Shown here in pieces: positions 20,677 to 31,772 of a stretch of 47,873 bases of DNA (positions are counted from its first letter, which is position 1; every line of letters begins with the position of its first letter). The stretch is from Chrysochromulina tobinii (lineage: Eukaryota). The position numbers and the translations under genes are program-made. The notes under the pieces are model-generated. The model was not told the DNA's origin. It did no database searches and worked only from the letters and a program-made list of their open reading frames with translations. The stretch is from NCBI GenBank assembly GCA_001275005.1, contig JWZX01003389.1, positions 1-47,873 of the forward strand. Reading direction: 5' to 3'.

Positions 20677-21840
20677 CTACTTGCGGTTCGGGAATGCGCA
20701 GCTCGAGACTCCCGCCTTTAAGCACTGCGTGATGTTGGTGGGTGGACAGACGGGCGGATCTAGCCCCATGAAGGGGCACAGCTTCTCCCAACCGTCGCCG
20801 CCAGTCATGTCCATGATGAGCAGTCGTTCTGGAGGCACCGAGTCGAAGACGTTCCGGTTGTGCTGGACGTAGCGCTTGATAGCCTGCTCCTTGGATGGAC
20901 ACTCGGTCCCGTAGACGAGATTGCTGCCGCGTCGCCATGGCTCGAGCCACTTACGGCAGCCGCGCGCGAAGCCCGAGTAGAACTTTTGCTGCGAGCGCAG
21001 CCAGCTCCTCGGGTTGCGGATGGTCAGGATGACTTTGGCTCTCGGGTATGAAAGAAGAATCTCATTCCAGAAGTCGACGACGGGTGTATCTAGAACAGCC
21101 TCAACATGCTTCTCCTCGTTGACATTGAACATGAAATGGTGATTTGGTTGTTCTGCTGCGTTGTCGTGGAGCAACCCGTACACTCCAGCTCCATAAAAAT
21201 GTGCAGTGTTCATGCCGAGCATCACAAATGCCTTGTTGAGCGATTTGGTCGCCGTCTTTCCCTGGCCGACGCACAGGTAAAGCGGGAAATCGGAGGTGTT
21301 CCAAGAACCCTTGCGTGCTTTGCGCAAGGCGTCTTGTGGATGGTCAAAGGCCCCGTGCGCTGGATAGCTCGAGCGGGGCAGCCGATGCCACGGATGGCCA
21401 ATCGTCCATGGTGGCAGCTTCGGCTGCGTAGCTCGTCCATCAGGATGCGCCAGCAGTTGGAGCGTGTCGTCAACGCTTGTGCTCGTTGTGATGGCAACGT
21501 TCGATGGTTCAGCTGCAGCATAGGTGGCACAATTGCATCCGCCGCCGGCGCGGTCTGCAGCCACTGGACCGAGCGGCGGCCGCTCAATCCAACGGCTGCA
21601 GCTTACGCCGGTGCTGGAGGCAGGTATTCCGCCGAATGTTGCACGGTTGGCGACCACACGGACAAGCACCACAGCCAGCACAGCGCTGATCACCAGTGCC
21701 GTTGTGCTTCGGCGGCGTAGCGAGGACTCAATCCCATTCGTGTGCAAAAGCGCCTCGAGCTCAGACAACGCTGCACGCCTCTCGAATGGCGATAATATTT
21801 GCAGCTCTTCGGCAAAGCGCTCAACCAAGTCTTGGCCCAT
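20677..21840 (-). CDS. P-loop sulfotransferase-family protein (Sulfotransfer_4-like), type II membrane anchor
   Basis: CVGQGKTATKSLNKAFVMLG, DTPVVDFWNEILLSYPRAKVILTIRNPRSWLRS, HNRNVFDSVPPERLL, GWEKLCPFMG; TM segment ALVISAVLAVVLV. Start assumed. Confidence 0.85.
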   Translation of the reverse strand: MGQDLVERFAEELQILSPFERRAALSELEALLHTNGIESSLRRRSTTALVISAVLAVVLVRVVANRATFGGIPASSTGVSCSRWIERPPLGPVAADRAGGGCNCATYAAAEPSNVAITTSTSVDDTLQLLAHPDGRATQPKLPPWTIGHPWHRLPRSSYPAHGAFDHPQDALRKARKGSWNTSDFPLYLCVGQGKTATKSLNKAFVMLGMNTAHFYGAGVYGLLHDNAAEQPNHHFMFNVNEEKHVEAVLDTPVVDFWNEILLSYPRAKVILTIRNPRSWLRSQQKFYSGFARGCRKWLEPWRRGSNLVYGTECPSKEQAIKRYVQHNRNVFDSVPPERLLIMDMTGGDGWEKLCPFMGLDPPVCPPTNITQCLKAGVSSCAFPNRK

Positions 21841-23116
21841 CCCTGGTAAGCACGCCGAAGCGGCGAGCGTTGCGAGAGGCCGAGGGGCTCTTGTCGCGTC
21901 TGTCGTGTTCACACTGCGCGGTGGAGCACGCGTCGTCGCCTTAGAAATCGAAAACGCGACATTTGCGAGAATGACTCCTTTTTCACAAAAAGGCTGTGAA
22001 ACTGTTGCAGCCAGTATTGGCCACGGCATCCGAAACGAAACCGACGAAACCCCATTCCGACGGCGCGGCGTCTCCCTCAAGAAGGCAGGGAGGTCCGCTC
22101 GAGGGCCAACCAACTCCCCGTCGCGAATCCTTGCTCGCAGCATGTCGTGCGGCTAGAGAACGAATGGATTCCAATGGGACCAAGTGTACACGCTCGGCGG
22201 CCAAATTCTTCTCCAAATTCAACCCAACGTGTCAGGGACGCGCCCATCCATTGGAAGCTTCGCCCATCCAGCGCAGCGGTGGCGGCGTAATGTTGGTGAT
22301 GGCTACGGTATGTTGTCAGCCCGGTGCTGCCTGCCTCCCTCGCGAAGCCAACATACCGAGCTACATAAGAACCTACAAGCGCACGTCTAAACGCGACTCG
22401 CCGCCCTCGTGTGCAGCGTCTCCTGTCTTGACTGCACACGAGGCGCTGCACCGGGGGCATTCCATGGCGTGTGTATCGTTCGCTCGTGCGCCATATTTAA
22501 TCCCAGCGAGGTCCAGCGCAGAAAAGGCGATCTTCCGTGACCTTCCCTGTCTAGATGCCTCCAGCACATGCCACGCGCTCGCCCTACGCCCTCCGAAGCA
22601 ACGCTCCCCCATCTGCCTCTAATGCATCTAACGACTGACGGATTCGAATCACGCGTGCCCACAGCGCCGCTCTTAGCGATAGTTAGAGCGAGCGGATGCG
22701 GGAATCGAATCCTATCGCGCAAGCAAACGCACATCTTCATGATCCCTTTGGTTTGCGGTACGGTAGGCTGTTAAGCTCCAACTGAACGCAGTCACGAGCT
22801 CACCTTGACCGGCGGCAGCCAGACTCACAAATTCAACACTCGTCACCCAAAACTCTCCAATAATCTCCAAAAAACTCTCCAATAATTTTTAAAGCTAATT
22901 TAATCCTCACGGGATCGGCTCACAGCTGGTCTCGACGCGGCCCGTCCCGAACGTCAATTATCTTCCGAACGCGGCCGTCCGATTTATCCCGCCTGTGGAG
23001 TTTCAGTCTCGAGTCTGGACTGTCTCCCCGAGCCGCGAGGAGCGTCTCCCGCACTCCCCCGTCGCTGTCCCCCCAGCGGTGCGCCCTCTAAGCCCTGGCG
23101 TGGACGATCTGCGCGA

Positions 23117-24362
23117 TCAGCGCACCCGCGCGATCCAATCAACCTCCAATCGAGTGTACCTGCGATCGTCCAACGCCAATGGCGATGTTTTGCGTAAGCG
23201 GTAAAGGGAAAAGGCGCAATGACGATGCAGGCAGTGCCGGGCGTGTGGCAGGCGAGGTCTAGGGCGAGCGGAGGTCCGTGGACACGCCGGCAGCGCACTT
23301 GATAGTTTGACGCAGAAAGGTGTAGCTGACGTGGAGCTGCCTGGTCACCGCGTCCTGAAACAGCGTTGGGTAGGAGAATTCCCCGCTCGTCTCGTTTTCA
23401 AGCAGCCGCTGGTGCGGCCATGTAAGCCCCTCGTCCTCCGACAGAGCGATTGCCAGGAGAGAGCGCGATTTGGTGGTCGGGTTGAAGACCATCGCCACCC
23501 TGCCGTCCTGCAGCTGGCAGGCTTGGATGCCAGCGTTGTTGTTTGGCAGCGGCGTCGCTGCCGGCGAGGTCCACGACTTGCCGTCATCATCGGATGTCGC
23601 GCGGTAGATGTGGGCAGCGTCGCGGTCTCGGAAGAAAGCCGTGAGACGAGGGTAGCCGGATCTGCTCCGGATCACCGTGGGCTGCACCAGGTGGCTGGTG
23701 TCCTTGAAGTCGAGGTTGCCCCAGGGGCCTTGGCCGAGGGTGTTACTCGTCTTGATGTGGCTGTACTGATCATCGTTAGGGCCGGTGGCGTAGTACATCG
23801 GGAGCAGCCACGTGGAGTTGTCCAAAGCGAACAGAACTCTATTCTTGGTGAAGCTACCAGCCTTGCTGAAGATCTCCTCAGGCTGTGACCACATCCCAGG
23901 GGCCGCTCCAATGCCGTCCGGCGCAACTGCCGTCCAGACCGATGCATTGTCCTCGCCCTGGCTGGCGGGCTGCGAAGAGTGGAACAGGTGTAGACTACCG
24001 TCCTGGGATGTGTGCAGTACAGGATTCTGGTTGCTGTAGCCAGGGCGCCGCGAGATGACAAAGGCCGTCGACCATGCCAACGAGTTGGCAGTGGTGAGGT
24101 GCGCAATAACAATGCTCACGTTGTCAGCACCCTCTTTCGTTCCAGAGAACCAGACCATCGCCAGGCCTGCCCCAGCGACGATGGGTTGGACGTGGGAGGC
24201 GTGGCTCGAAGCGAATGGAGGGATCATGTAAGCGATCTCACGACCGTCGCCTGTTGGTCGAATAACTCCGTCGTACGAAGGCTGGGCGATGGGCACATTA
24301 AGCCCGGAAACAGCCGAAAAGACGAGGAGCAGAAGGATTTCGCTGCCGCACTGCATCTTCAT
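23117..24362 (-). CDS. Secreted BNR/Asp-box exo-alpha-sialidase-like beta-propeller. Exons 24362-23299 and 23159-23117
   Basis: Signal peptide; HAS, WFSGTKEG, NQNPVL; Asp-boxes SDDDGKSW and SEDEGLTW; LPNNNAGI, FSYP. Intron 23160-23298 yields the family-like end RQTIKYTRLEVDWI. Confidence 0.88.
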
Positions 24363-24508
24363 CACATGGACCGCCGCGAACGAAGTTTGTCGTGAACACA
24401 GGTGTGGAAAAATTTGGGTGACGATACATGTACATGTAACACATGCTGAGAAAAACTGAAAATAAAATTGTGACTCTAATTCACACGGCACAGCCGCTTC
24501 GTGCCACA

Positions 24509-25795
24509 ATGCCTCCTGCACGACGACAGCCACCTATCCGGCCTCCTCCAGAGCTACCGCAAGAGCTCGTTACGCTGATTTTCATTGCCAACGAATCCGT
24601 GTCACTCACAACGCTCGCACCGTGTGCGGCGGTTTGCAAGACGTGGTTGGCAGCGGCAGCACAGGTGAAGGACTCGATTCGCCTTCTTGAGTTCGAGAGC
24701 TCTGTAGGCAATGGCATGGGTAGTTCACTTGGTCGCTTTAATCAACCCACGGCTACGCTCGCAGCACCGGATGGCCACGTCTGGATTGCTGACACGCACA
24801 ACTCCCGGCTGCAGCGCATGGTGCACGAAAATGGACGCCTCAGACCTGTCGAAGAACTGGGCCCTACCATATATGGTACCTGCTCGACCTCGGAGCGCAC
24901 GATCTTAAGGTGCACACACCTCGCATGCGATGGCGCGCGCATCTTCGTGGTGAACACGCTCGGCTACGTGTACATGGTGTCCACGGAATGGGACGTGGTG
25001 CGGCTCCAGCTCAGCGCATCGAGGGTCTCCGTCCCGCGCGCGAGCTGCCCGAACGCGCAGCTGATCGGGATCGCGGTCGGCTTTGAGCGTCTGTACCTCC
25101 TCACGCGCGACCTGGACTACATGGTGCGTGCATTCCGCACGGACTCGTGGAGCGAAGGCGTCTCGGGTGGCGTGGCGCGCCTCGATCCGGTCCTCACAAT
25201 CAAGGGGCATGGGGAGGCAGAGGGGCAGGCATGGGGAGCACAGGTCGGCATCCCTAACGGCATCCCGTTCGAGTTCCCTGACTTCACGGCTCTGCAGGCC
25301 GTCTCTGGCCCGACTGCGCTTGTCCAGCCAAAGGGCATCGCTCTCCATGAGCCTTTTGCAAACTCGCGCGCCGACGCCGAGCTCTTTGTATTAGACTCGG
25401 CGCAGCGGCGACGACACTCGGGCGGTGTGCTTGTCCTCTGTCCCCGCACGGGAAAGCTCACGCGACACTTTCTCTTACCACGCCCGCCGGGTGCCTCGCG
25501 CCGCACGCGCGCGGTCACGAGCCTCGCTGTCGTGCGCAGCCGCCTCGTCGTCGGCGAGGAGGGGCGCCTTCTCGTCCTCAGCCTGCACGGGCACCCGTTG
25601 CAGCTCGTCGACCTCCCCAAAGCATTGAGCGCCTCGCAGCTAGTTGGCATGAGTGTCGACAGTACTACGAGCGTGAGGAAGTTGAGCGGCGCCAGGCACC
25701 CAGCCAGCGACGGCAGCGAAGGCTCGCTACAAGGGCGGTTGTACGCAGCCGACCACGTGCGATCGCAGGTGCATATCTTCCGGTGCTCGATGTGA
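24509..25795 (+). CDS. F-box-like plus NHL-repeat beta-propeller protein
   Basis: ELPQELVTLIF...CAAVCKTW (F-box); GSSLGRFNQP...DGHVWIADTHNSRLQ and GRLYAADHVRSQVHIF (NHL). Confidence 0.75.
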   Translation: MPPARRQPPIRPPPELPQELVTLIFIANESVSLTTLAPCAAVCKTWLAAAAQVKDSIRLLEFESSVGNGMGSSLGRFNQPTATLAAPDGHVWIADTHNSRLQRMVHENGRLRPVEELGPTIYGTCSTSERTILRCTHLACDGARIFVVNTLGYVYMVSTEWDVVRLQLSASRVSVPRASCPNAQLIGIAVGFERLYLLTRDLDYMVRAFRTDSWSEGVSGGVARLDPVLTIKGHGEAEGQAWGAQVGIPNGIPFEFPDFTALQAVSGPTALVQPKGIALHEPFANSRADAELFVLDSAQRRRHSGGVLVLCPRTGKLTRHFLLPRPPGASRRTRAVTSLAVVRSRLVVGEEGRLLVLSLHGHPLQLVDLPKALSASQLVGMSVDSTTSVRKLSGARHPASDGSEGSLQGRLYAADHVRSQVHIFRCSM

Positions 25796-26510
25796 CCAGC
25801 GATCGCCGCGGATTCCTTCGCCTCGGCATGCTTCGCTTGTCTGTGTGCTCCACCGGCGGGGGACTCACGCATCAGTATCCTGATGTGTATTACAGCACCA
25901 GAGTGCTGTGTGACCACTTCACTTTTTAGCAAGGCAACCGAACGGGGGAGGCGGCGCGCGGCGGGACCCCGGGGACCGCGCCCGGCGGATGACGACCTTT
26001 CAAAGTCTACGCCATGGCGCTCGTCGGAAGTTCATCGTGCGCAAACCTTGCGGAGTTGCGCGCATCTTAGCGGCGTGCAGCGGCGTCCCAGTGGTCCCTC
26101 GGACCCCGCACACGCAGAGGGCGCGGCGACGCGGCTGCACGTAAGCGGTAAGGCTGCATAATAAACCGAGACCGGATTAAGCGATTAACTCCTCCCGGTG
26201 TGTTACTCCCCCTAAGACCCCCACATGGTGAACAATATCCCAACGTCGGAGCGACCCTCTGGGCTTCCCGAATGCCCCGCCCCCACGGCTGGCCCCGCCC
26301 TCTGATGGTTCCAAGCAAGGACATTCATACGTTCAGGAAGTACCGTTCACAGTCAATGATGAGAAACTCGAATAATAAGAAACAAGAAAGCCCAGAAACC
26401 GGACCGGCGTGCATATGAATGGAGCGTCAACTACTTGTAGCCTCGAGGGCACAGCCTTCCAACCAACCCCGCGTTCACCGTACTGTACCGTGTTCACAGT
26501 ACCCGGTACC

Positions 26511-27939
26511 ATGGCTTCTGAAGAGCCTGGACCCGCCGCGCCGCGTCGATGCGCGCACTGGATCCGGCGGCAAGAGCGACTGTGCACTTCGATGGTCATT
26601 CAGACCGGTGAGCACTTTTGCTCTCAGCACACACCGGAGGCGCTCGCTCTGGCTCGCGAGCGATCCTACGCGGCCAAAGACGTGGTGCCTTCCGCACCAG
26701 ACGCAGGCCAGCGACGCTATCGGCGGCTCGAATCCACGCACTTGACTAGTCGCGTGGTGGTGCAGCGCGTTGAAGGCACCAGCTCGGCAGCGCCTAGGGC
26801 TCCAGAGGCCAGTGACGCATCACCAGCAGCGGTCACGTTGCCCAGCTGGACCTATCCTAAAGCACCTGTGCACCTTGATATTGGCTGTGCGCGTGGGCGT
26901 TGGGTGCTCGAGCTCGGCCTGGAGCCCCCTGAGGCACTGTCGCAGCTGCATGTGAACCACGTGGCGGTCGAGATCCGTGCTGACCTCGTTGCCGATGCGA
27001 ACAGAGTGGCAGCGGAGCAGGGCGTCTACGGCACCACCGCCGCCTATGTCGCGGTCGATATGGCGAATAACACGGCTCATCGGCGAGCGTTGCTGGCTAC
27101 GCTTGCGCCGACTTTGCGGGTGGCCAGCGTGTGCTTCCCAGACCCGTATCCGCCCAAGCGACGGGACGAGCGAGGGCGAACTCTGACGCGGCAGGTGCGC
27201 GCATGCCCACTGGCAAATCGCTGTGGGAAATCCCCACCGAAAGTCCCCTCATCGCCACCCTGTGCCTCGCTCCTGGCCACCCACCGGCTGTGAACCTTGA
27301 CTATGAACCGTGCCTGTGAACACCTTGCAGCTTGCGCTCGACTTGTACGAAGCGCTCCCTGCCGGGGGGGTGGTCTTCGTGGCAAGCGACAAGGTACACG
27401 TAGCTGAGGACATGTGCACACTGCTTGAGGGACTGCGTGCGCCGAGCTCAACGGGCACAGGTGGCAGAGTTGGCACAGGCGGTGCTGGAGATTTCGAGGG
27501 GCTGCATGCATCTTGCTCGACGGGCTCAGGTGCTGCACGAGATGTCGAGGGTGCCGAGGAGCGTCGGTGCTTCCGAAGGGTGTCTGGCGACGCGGCCGCA
27601 GACACTGCGTTGCGCCATGCGCTGTGCTTTGGAGCGGATGTGCCGAAACCCTTGACGAACCCCGAGTCCGACGCGCACGAGACCAAGCCACGAGAGGGCA
27701 CTGCGCAGGCTGCGGCTCCCGCTCGGCCCGAGCCTGCTGGCCATGACGGGCCCGGCTTGGCGCCCAACATGACGCCCGGCATGACGCCCGACATGGCGCC
27801 CGAGATGGCGCTCGACGGGGTCTGGCTGGGGCGGAACGTGTTCGGGCGTCCCACGGAGCGAGAGAGGGTCTGTGAACAGCCCGATCGCCATGGCGCGTTA
27901 CGCGAAGTTCGTAGAGCATTGTTTGTTCGACTTCCATGA
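26511..27939 (+). CDS. tRNA (guanine-N7)-methyltransferase TrmB-like with N-terminal CCCH zinc finger. Exons 26511-27194 and 27331-27939
   Basis: VHLDIGCARGRW, AVEIR, VCFPDPYP, VFVASDK, NVFGRPTERE; intron 27195-27330 is phase 0 and in frame. Confidence 0.85.
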
Positions 27940-28050
27940 TGAAGCTTGAAGGCCCCCTCAAATAAACAATACATGGTTCACGGAATAAAAACGAGCGCTT
28001 CTGGACACAGAGCTCGCGGGCGAATGTGAACCGTGAACAGAATTCCGAGA

Positions 28051-29475
28051 ATGGCCGACTCAAGCCTCACGGTTGTGTACGCACTCGTCGTGCTCTACGC
28101 GCTCTGCTACCAGCTGCAGAGCCCGCTCGAGCCTTTCCTTGTCGAAAAGTTTGTCAAGGGTGAGGACGCGGCGTCCTCTTATGCCCGGCTGGTTTCCTTC
28201 TTCTCGTTCATGCAAATCGTCGGTTCCTTCGTCGTCGGATACCTTCTCGACGTTATTGGCTTGCGTGCCATGTTTGCGCTCAACTTCCTCTCGTGTGCGG
28301 CATCGTACGCGCTCCTCGCACGCGCCACGAGCATCGAGATGCTCTTCCTTTCAAAGGTCCCCGCTCTCTTCCAGGCGGGATTCCTGTGTGCACAGACGGC
28401 CTCGGCGAAGCTCACACCTGACGGGCAAGAGCGCGCGACCAGCCTCGGCCGGCTGACGACTGCCTACACCGTCGGAGGCGTGATCGGACCCGCGCTGGGT
28501 GGCCATCTGGGGACACAAGTGGCCGCGCGCGTGGCGGTTGTCGGGTCGTTTGCAGCGATCTTGCTTGTGATGATGCTGCCCACGACGGTAGAGGAGGTGC
28601 CGCAGGACGCCAAGAGGGGCGCGGACAAGCTCCCGGCGGCGGTCGCCTCCTCCGCCGCGACCACCAATTGGCCTCGGCTGATGCGCACCATCCTTCCGCT
28701 TGTGTGGCCGTTGCTCGCGACAAAGATGGCAAGTGGATTGATCAACTCGTCAGCTGGCGCTGTGCGACCGTTGCTGCTCAAGGAGCGCTTCGCATTCGAT
28801 CAGTCGCGGCTGGGTGCGTTCATGTCAGCCATGTTCCTGGGCAACGCCGTCGTCGGCCTCGGCCTCGGCAAGATCACCGCGTTGCTCGGCGGCGAGCGCT
28901 CGGCGATCGTGACGTGCCTGGGCATGATGGCCCTGGGCTACGCGGTGATGGCGATGGTATTCGAGGAGGCCTTCGCGAACATCGCACAGTCGACGCCGCA
29001 TGGCGGCGTGTGGTTATTCATGGCGCTCACGCTACTGCTCAGCCTCTTCCAGTTCCCTCTAGCCACCACGCTCACCGCTCTCTCCACCTCGCGCGTACGC
29101 AACTGAGTGCCTCTGAGTGCCTCTGCGTGCCTCTGCGTACCTCTGAGTGCCACGGATGGCCTCCCTGAGTGTCTTCCGGATGGCATCCATCATCAGGTAC
29201 CGCCCAATCTCAAAGGAACCCTCGTCGGCGCCGAGCATGCCGCCTTCGCGCTCGCTGGGCTCGTAGGGCCGTCCGCTGGTGTGGCGATGCTGCAGCTTGG
29301 GGGCCTCGCCGCAGTTGCGAGCGCTGCGAGCCTCGCCTTCGTCCTCCTGTGGGCGCTCTGGCGCATGGACAGGGAGAGGGACACCGCTGCCTCCACCTCC
29401 TCTGAGGACTCGGCTGACGCTGACTCGGTGAGCTCCCTCGCGGTGCCACTGCTCGCTAAGGCAAAGAATGAATGA
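28051..29475 (+). CDS. Major facilitator superfamily transporter (DHA1/SLC22A18-like). Exons 28051-29094 and 29197-29475
   Basis: GYLLDVIGLR (MFS motif A), ERATSLGRLTTAYTVGGVIGPALGG, multiple TM segments; intron 29095-29196 is in frame. Confidence 0.88.
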
Positions 29476-29482
29476 CTAACCG

Positions 29483-29569
29483 GGGTCTTCATCAGACCCC
29501 GCGAAGACTGATTTAATTATGATGGGTCTTCATCAGACCCCGCGAAGACTGATTTAATTATGATGGGTC
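29483..29569. repeat. 41-bp tandem repeat (about 2.1 copies) with internal palindrome
   Basis: gggtcttcatcagaccccgcgaagactgatttaattatgat x2, then gggtc. Confidence 0.93.
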
Positions 29570-30004
29570 GAAGTCATCATGTACCTGCATGAGTTACACT
29601 GTACCTGTGTGGCCCAGAGGCCCTCCCCTCTCTGGCCAATGCCTCTGGCCCCCAGCAGTGGCCATCATAAGGCCATCATCCTCGAAGTACGGGATACGGG
29701 TAGTCATCGTTCAGGCCGCGGTGCGTGTTGAGGTCCGTTGAAGGCGCCTCCCCGGCAGCCTCTGCGGGACCCGTGCGAGCGACGGCGGGCAGCGTGTCAT
29801 CCGTCAACACTGCGCGCAGAGGTGACCTGTTTGAGCTGTGATGTGAGGCGACCTGGCGAAGGTTTCGGCCCCGCGAATTCCGATGCTCCCTACTATGTTT
29901 TTCGGAAAAGTCTGGTGCAAGTCCGTTCACAGTGTATCGGTGTGAATTCACATGAATTCACATGATTTGGCTTTCGCGTCGCATGAGCGAGTTTCACGCT
30001 CAAA

Positions 30005-30966
30005 ATGCCGACGACCTTTTTTCGTGAGGTCCTTGCTGGTGGCGGCTCGACGGCGATCGTCTCAGCATTTTTGAACCCGGTGGACGTCATTAAGACGCGA
30101 CGCCAGCTCTTTGCTTATCGTGAGCTCTCGGCGCTCGAGGTCGCCCGCAAGCTCTCACAAGAGGGTCGAGGCGGCATCGTGGCGCTGTGGGCACCAGGCC
30201 TCTCGGCGACGATCGCACGCGAGCTCGTGTACTCGGGCTGCACCAAGGGCGTGTACCCGATCGCTCGGGGTTTCATTGCGGGCGATCGCGAGCCGACGCT
30301 CATGCAGCGCGTCGCAGCCGCGTCGGCGACGGGCTTCACTGGCTCAATTGGAGCGAACGCTTTCGACGTGGTCAAGATCCGGCAGTTTGACGCGCCGGCG
30401 CGCTACGAGGGCGGGCTGCTGTCGGCGATGCGCGCCATCGCTCGCGAGGAGGGCCTCGTCACGGGCTTACTGCTGCGCGGCTGCAGCGCCTCCGCGCCGC
30501 GAGGCGCTGCCATAGCCGTAGGGGAGGTGACCACTTACGATCATACAAAGTCGATTCTGCGGCAGCACTACGAGGACGGGTGCGCGCTCGCGGGCAGGCG
30601 GCGCGCCGCCGTTTCATGCTCTCTCGCACGCTCTCTCCCCCACCCCCTTTCTCTCACGCCTCCTGCTGCTATGCTCGCGTCTCGCTCACGGACAGCTTCG
30701 CCTTACACGTGGTCGTCTCGCTGATCACGGGCGTCGTGGCGACGACCGTCGCCGCGCCATTTGACCTGATCAAATCCCGCACGATGGCCTCCTCGGATCC
30801 GGCCGACGGCTTCGCATCCGTGCTCCTTCGCCTGCTGCGGCACGAGGGCCCCATGGCGCTCTTCAACGGCTGGCTCCCCACCTACTTTCGGCTTGGCCCG
30901 CATGCAATCTTGACCTTCCCGCTCTTCGAGGCGATGCGCCGATGGCTTGGGCTCGAGTACCTGTAG
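30005..30966 (+). CDS. Mitochondrial carrier (SLC25; UCP/dicarboxylate-oxoglutarate-like). Exons 30005-30579 and 30696-30966
   Basis: Three signature repeats PVDVIKTR, AFDVVKIR, PFDLIKSR; GWLPTYFRLGPH; intron 30580-30695. Confidence 0.92.
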
Positions 30967-31772
30967 CCGGTCCACACGCATGCGGTACGGCCGTTCTCGC
31001 TCAGACAGTGGCTTTGACCTTTGTTGGATCTCTATCGGGCCCAATGCAATCGTTCACGTCTCAGACTCCCGACGGTTGCAAGCTTCGCCACACCGTTCGC
31101 GCCGTGATTTGTTTAGCGCTTTATAGGCTTTAGCCGCCGGTTACGTCTCGTCATTACGTCAGACAAGTTTGGTCGTTAATTCACGGTCGACGCGTCCGAA
31201 ATCGCGAAATCCAAATCGAATGGGAATGTTTGGGAACGAATCGAATAACTGTTAACTCGATAAATACATAAATGGATCGCGGGATCGGATTATCGCAATG
31301 CGGCGTGGACGCATCTCCATCTGCGATCTCATAAACTGGGGTTGGGGCATGGGTTGGGGTGGTCCGCTCGTCGCTGCACGCTGGGCGGTCCGGGGCAACT
31401 CTTCTCTCTTGCGGCGTGGACTAATCATCCCGGAGTTCCCGACGAGCGACGTCGGAAAAAATGGCGGAATCCGGTCAAAACGCGCAAATCTCTCGTCATT
31501 CGCAGATGAGATCTTGGCCGATGTACTAAGTATTCAAACATGTACCAACTACCATTTTGTAACGAGAGCGTTCTGTTCTGATTTGTTGGGCGCGACGCAC
31601 GAAGCGTGCGGCGCGCACAGCTTCATGTCGTGGGCATGACCGACGACGTGGGCACGCGGAGCCGTCTCGTCTGTCGTCTACCGTCTTCGAATCCACCTCT
31701 CGCCTCCGACCCTCGCCCCATCGAAGAACCTCGGACACGTCACACGTCGGCAGAGCGGTGTGGCGAGGCCTC

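Noticed and set aside
22695..22715. GGATTCGATTCCC on the minus strand, resembling a tRNA T-arm
   Set aside because: No acceptor, D or anticodon stems can be built; it is one arm of a foldback.
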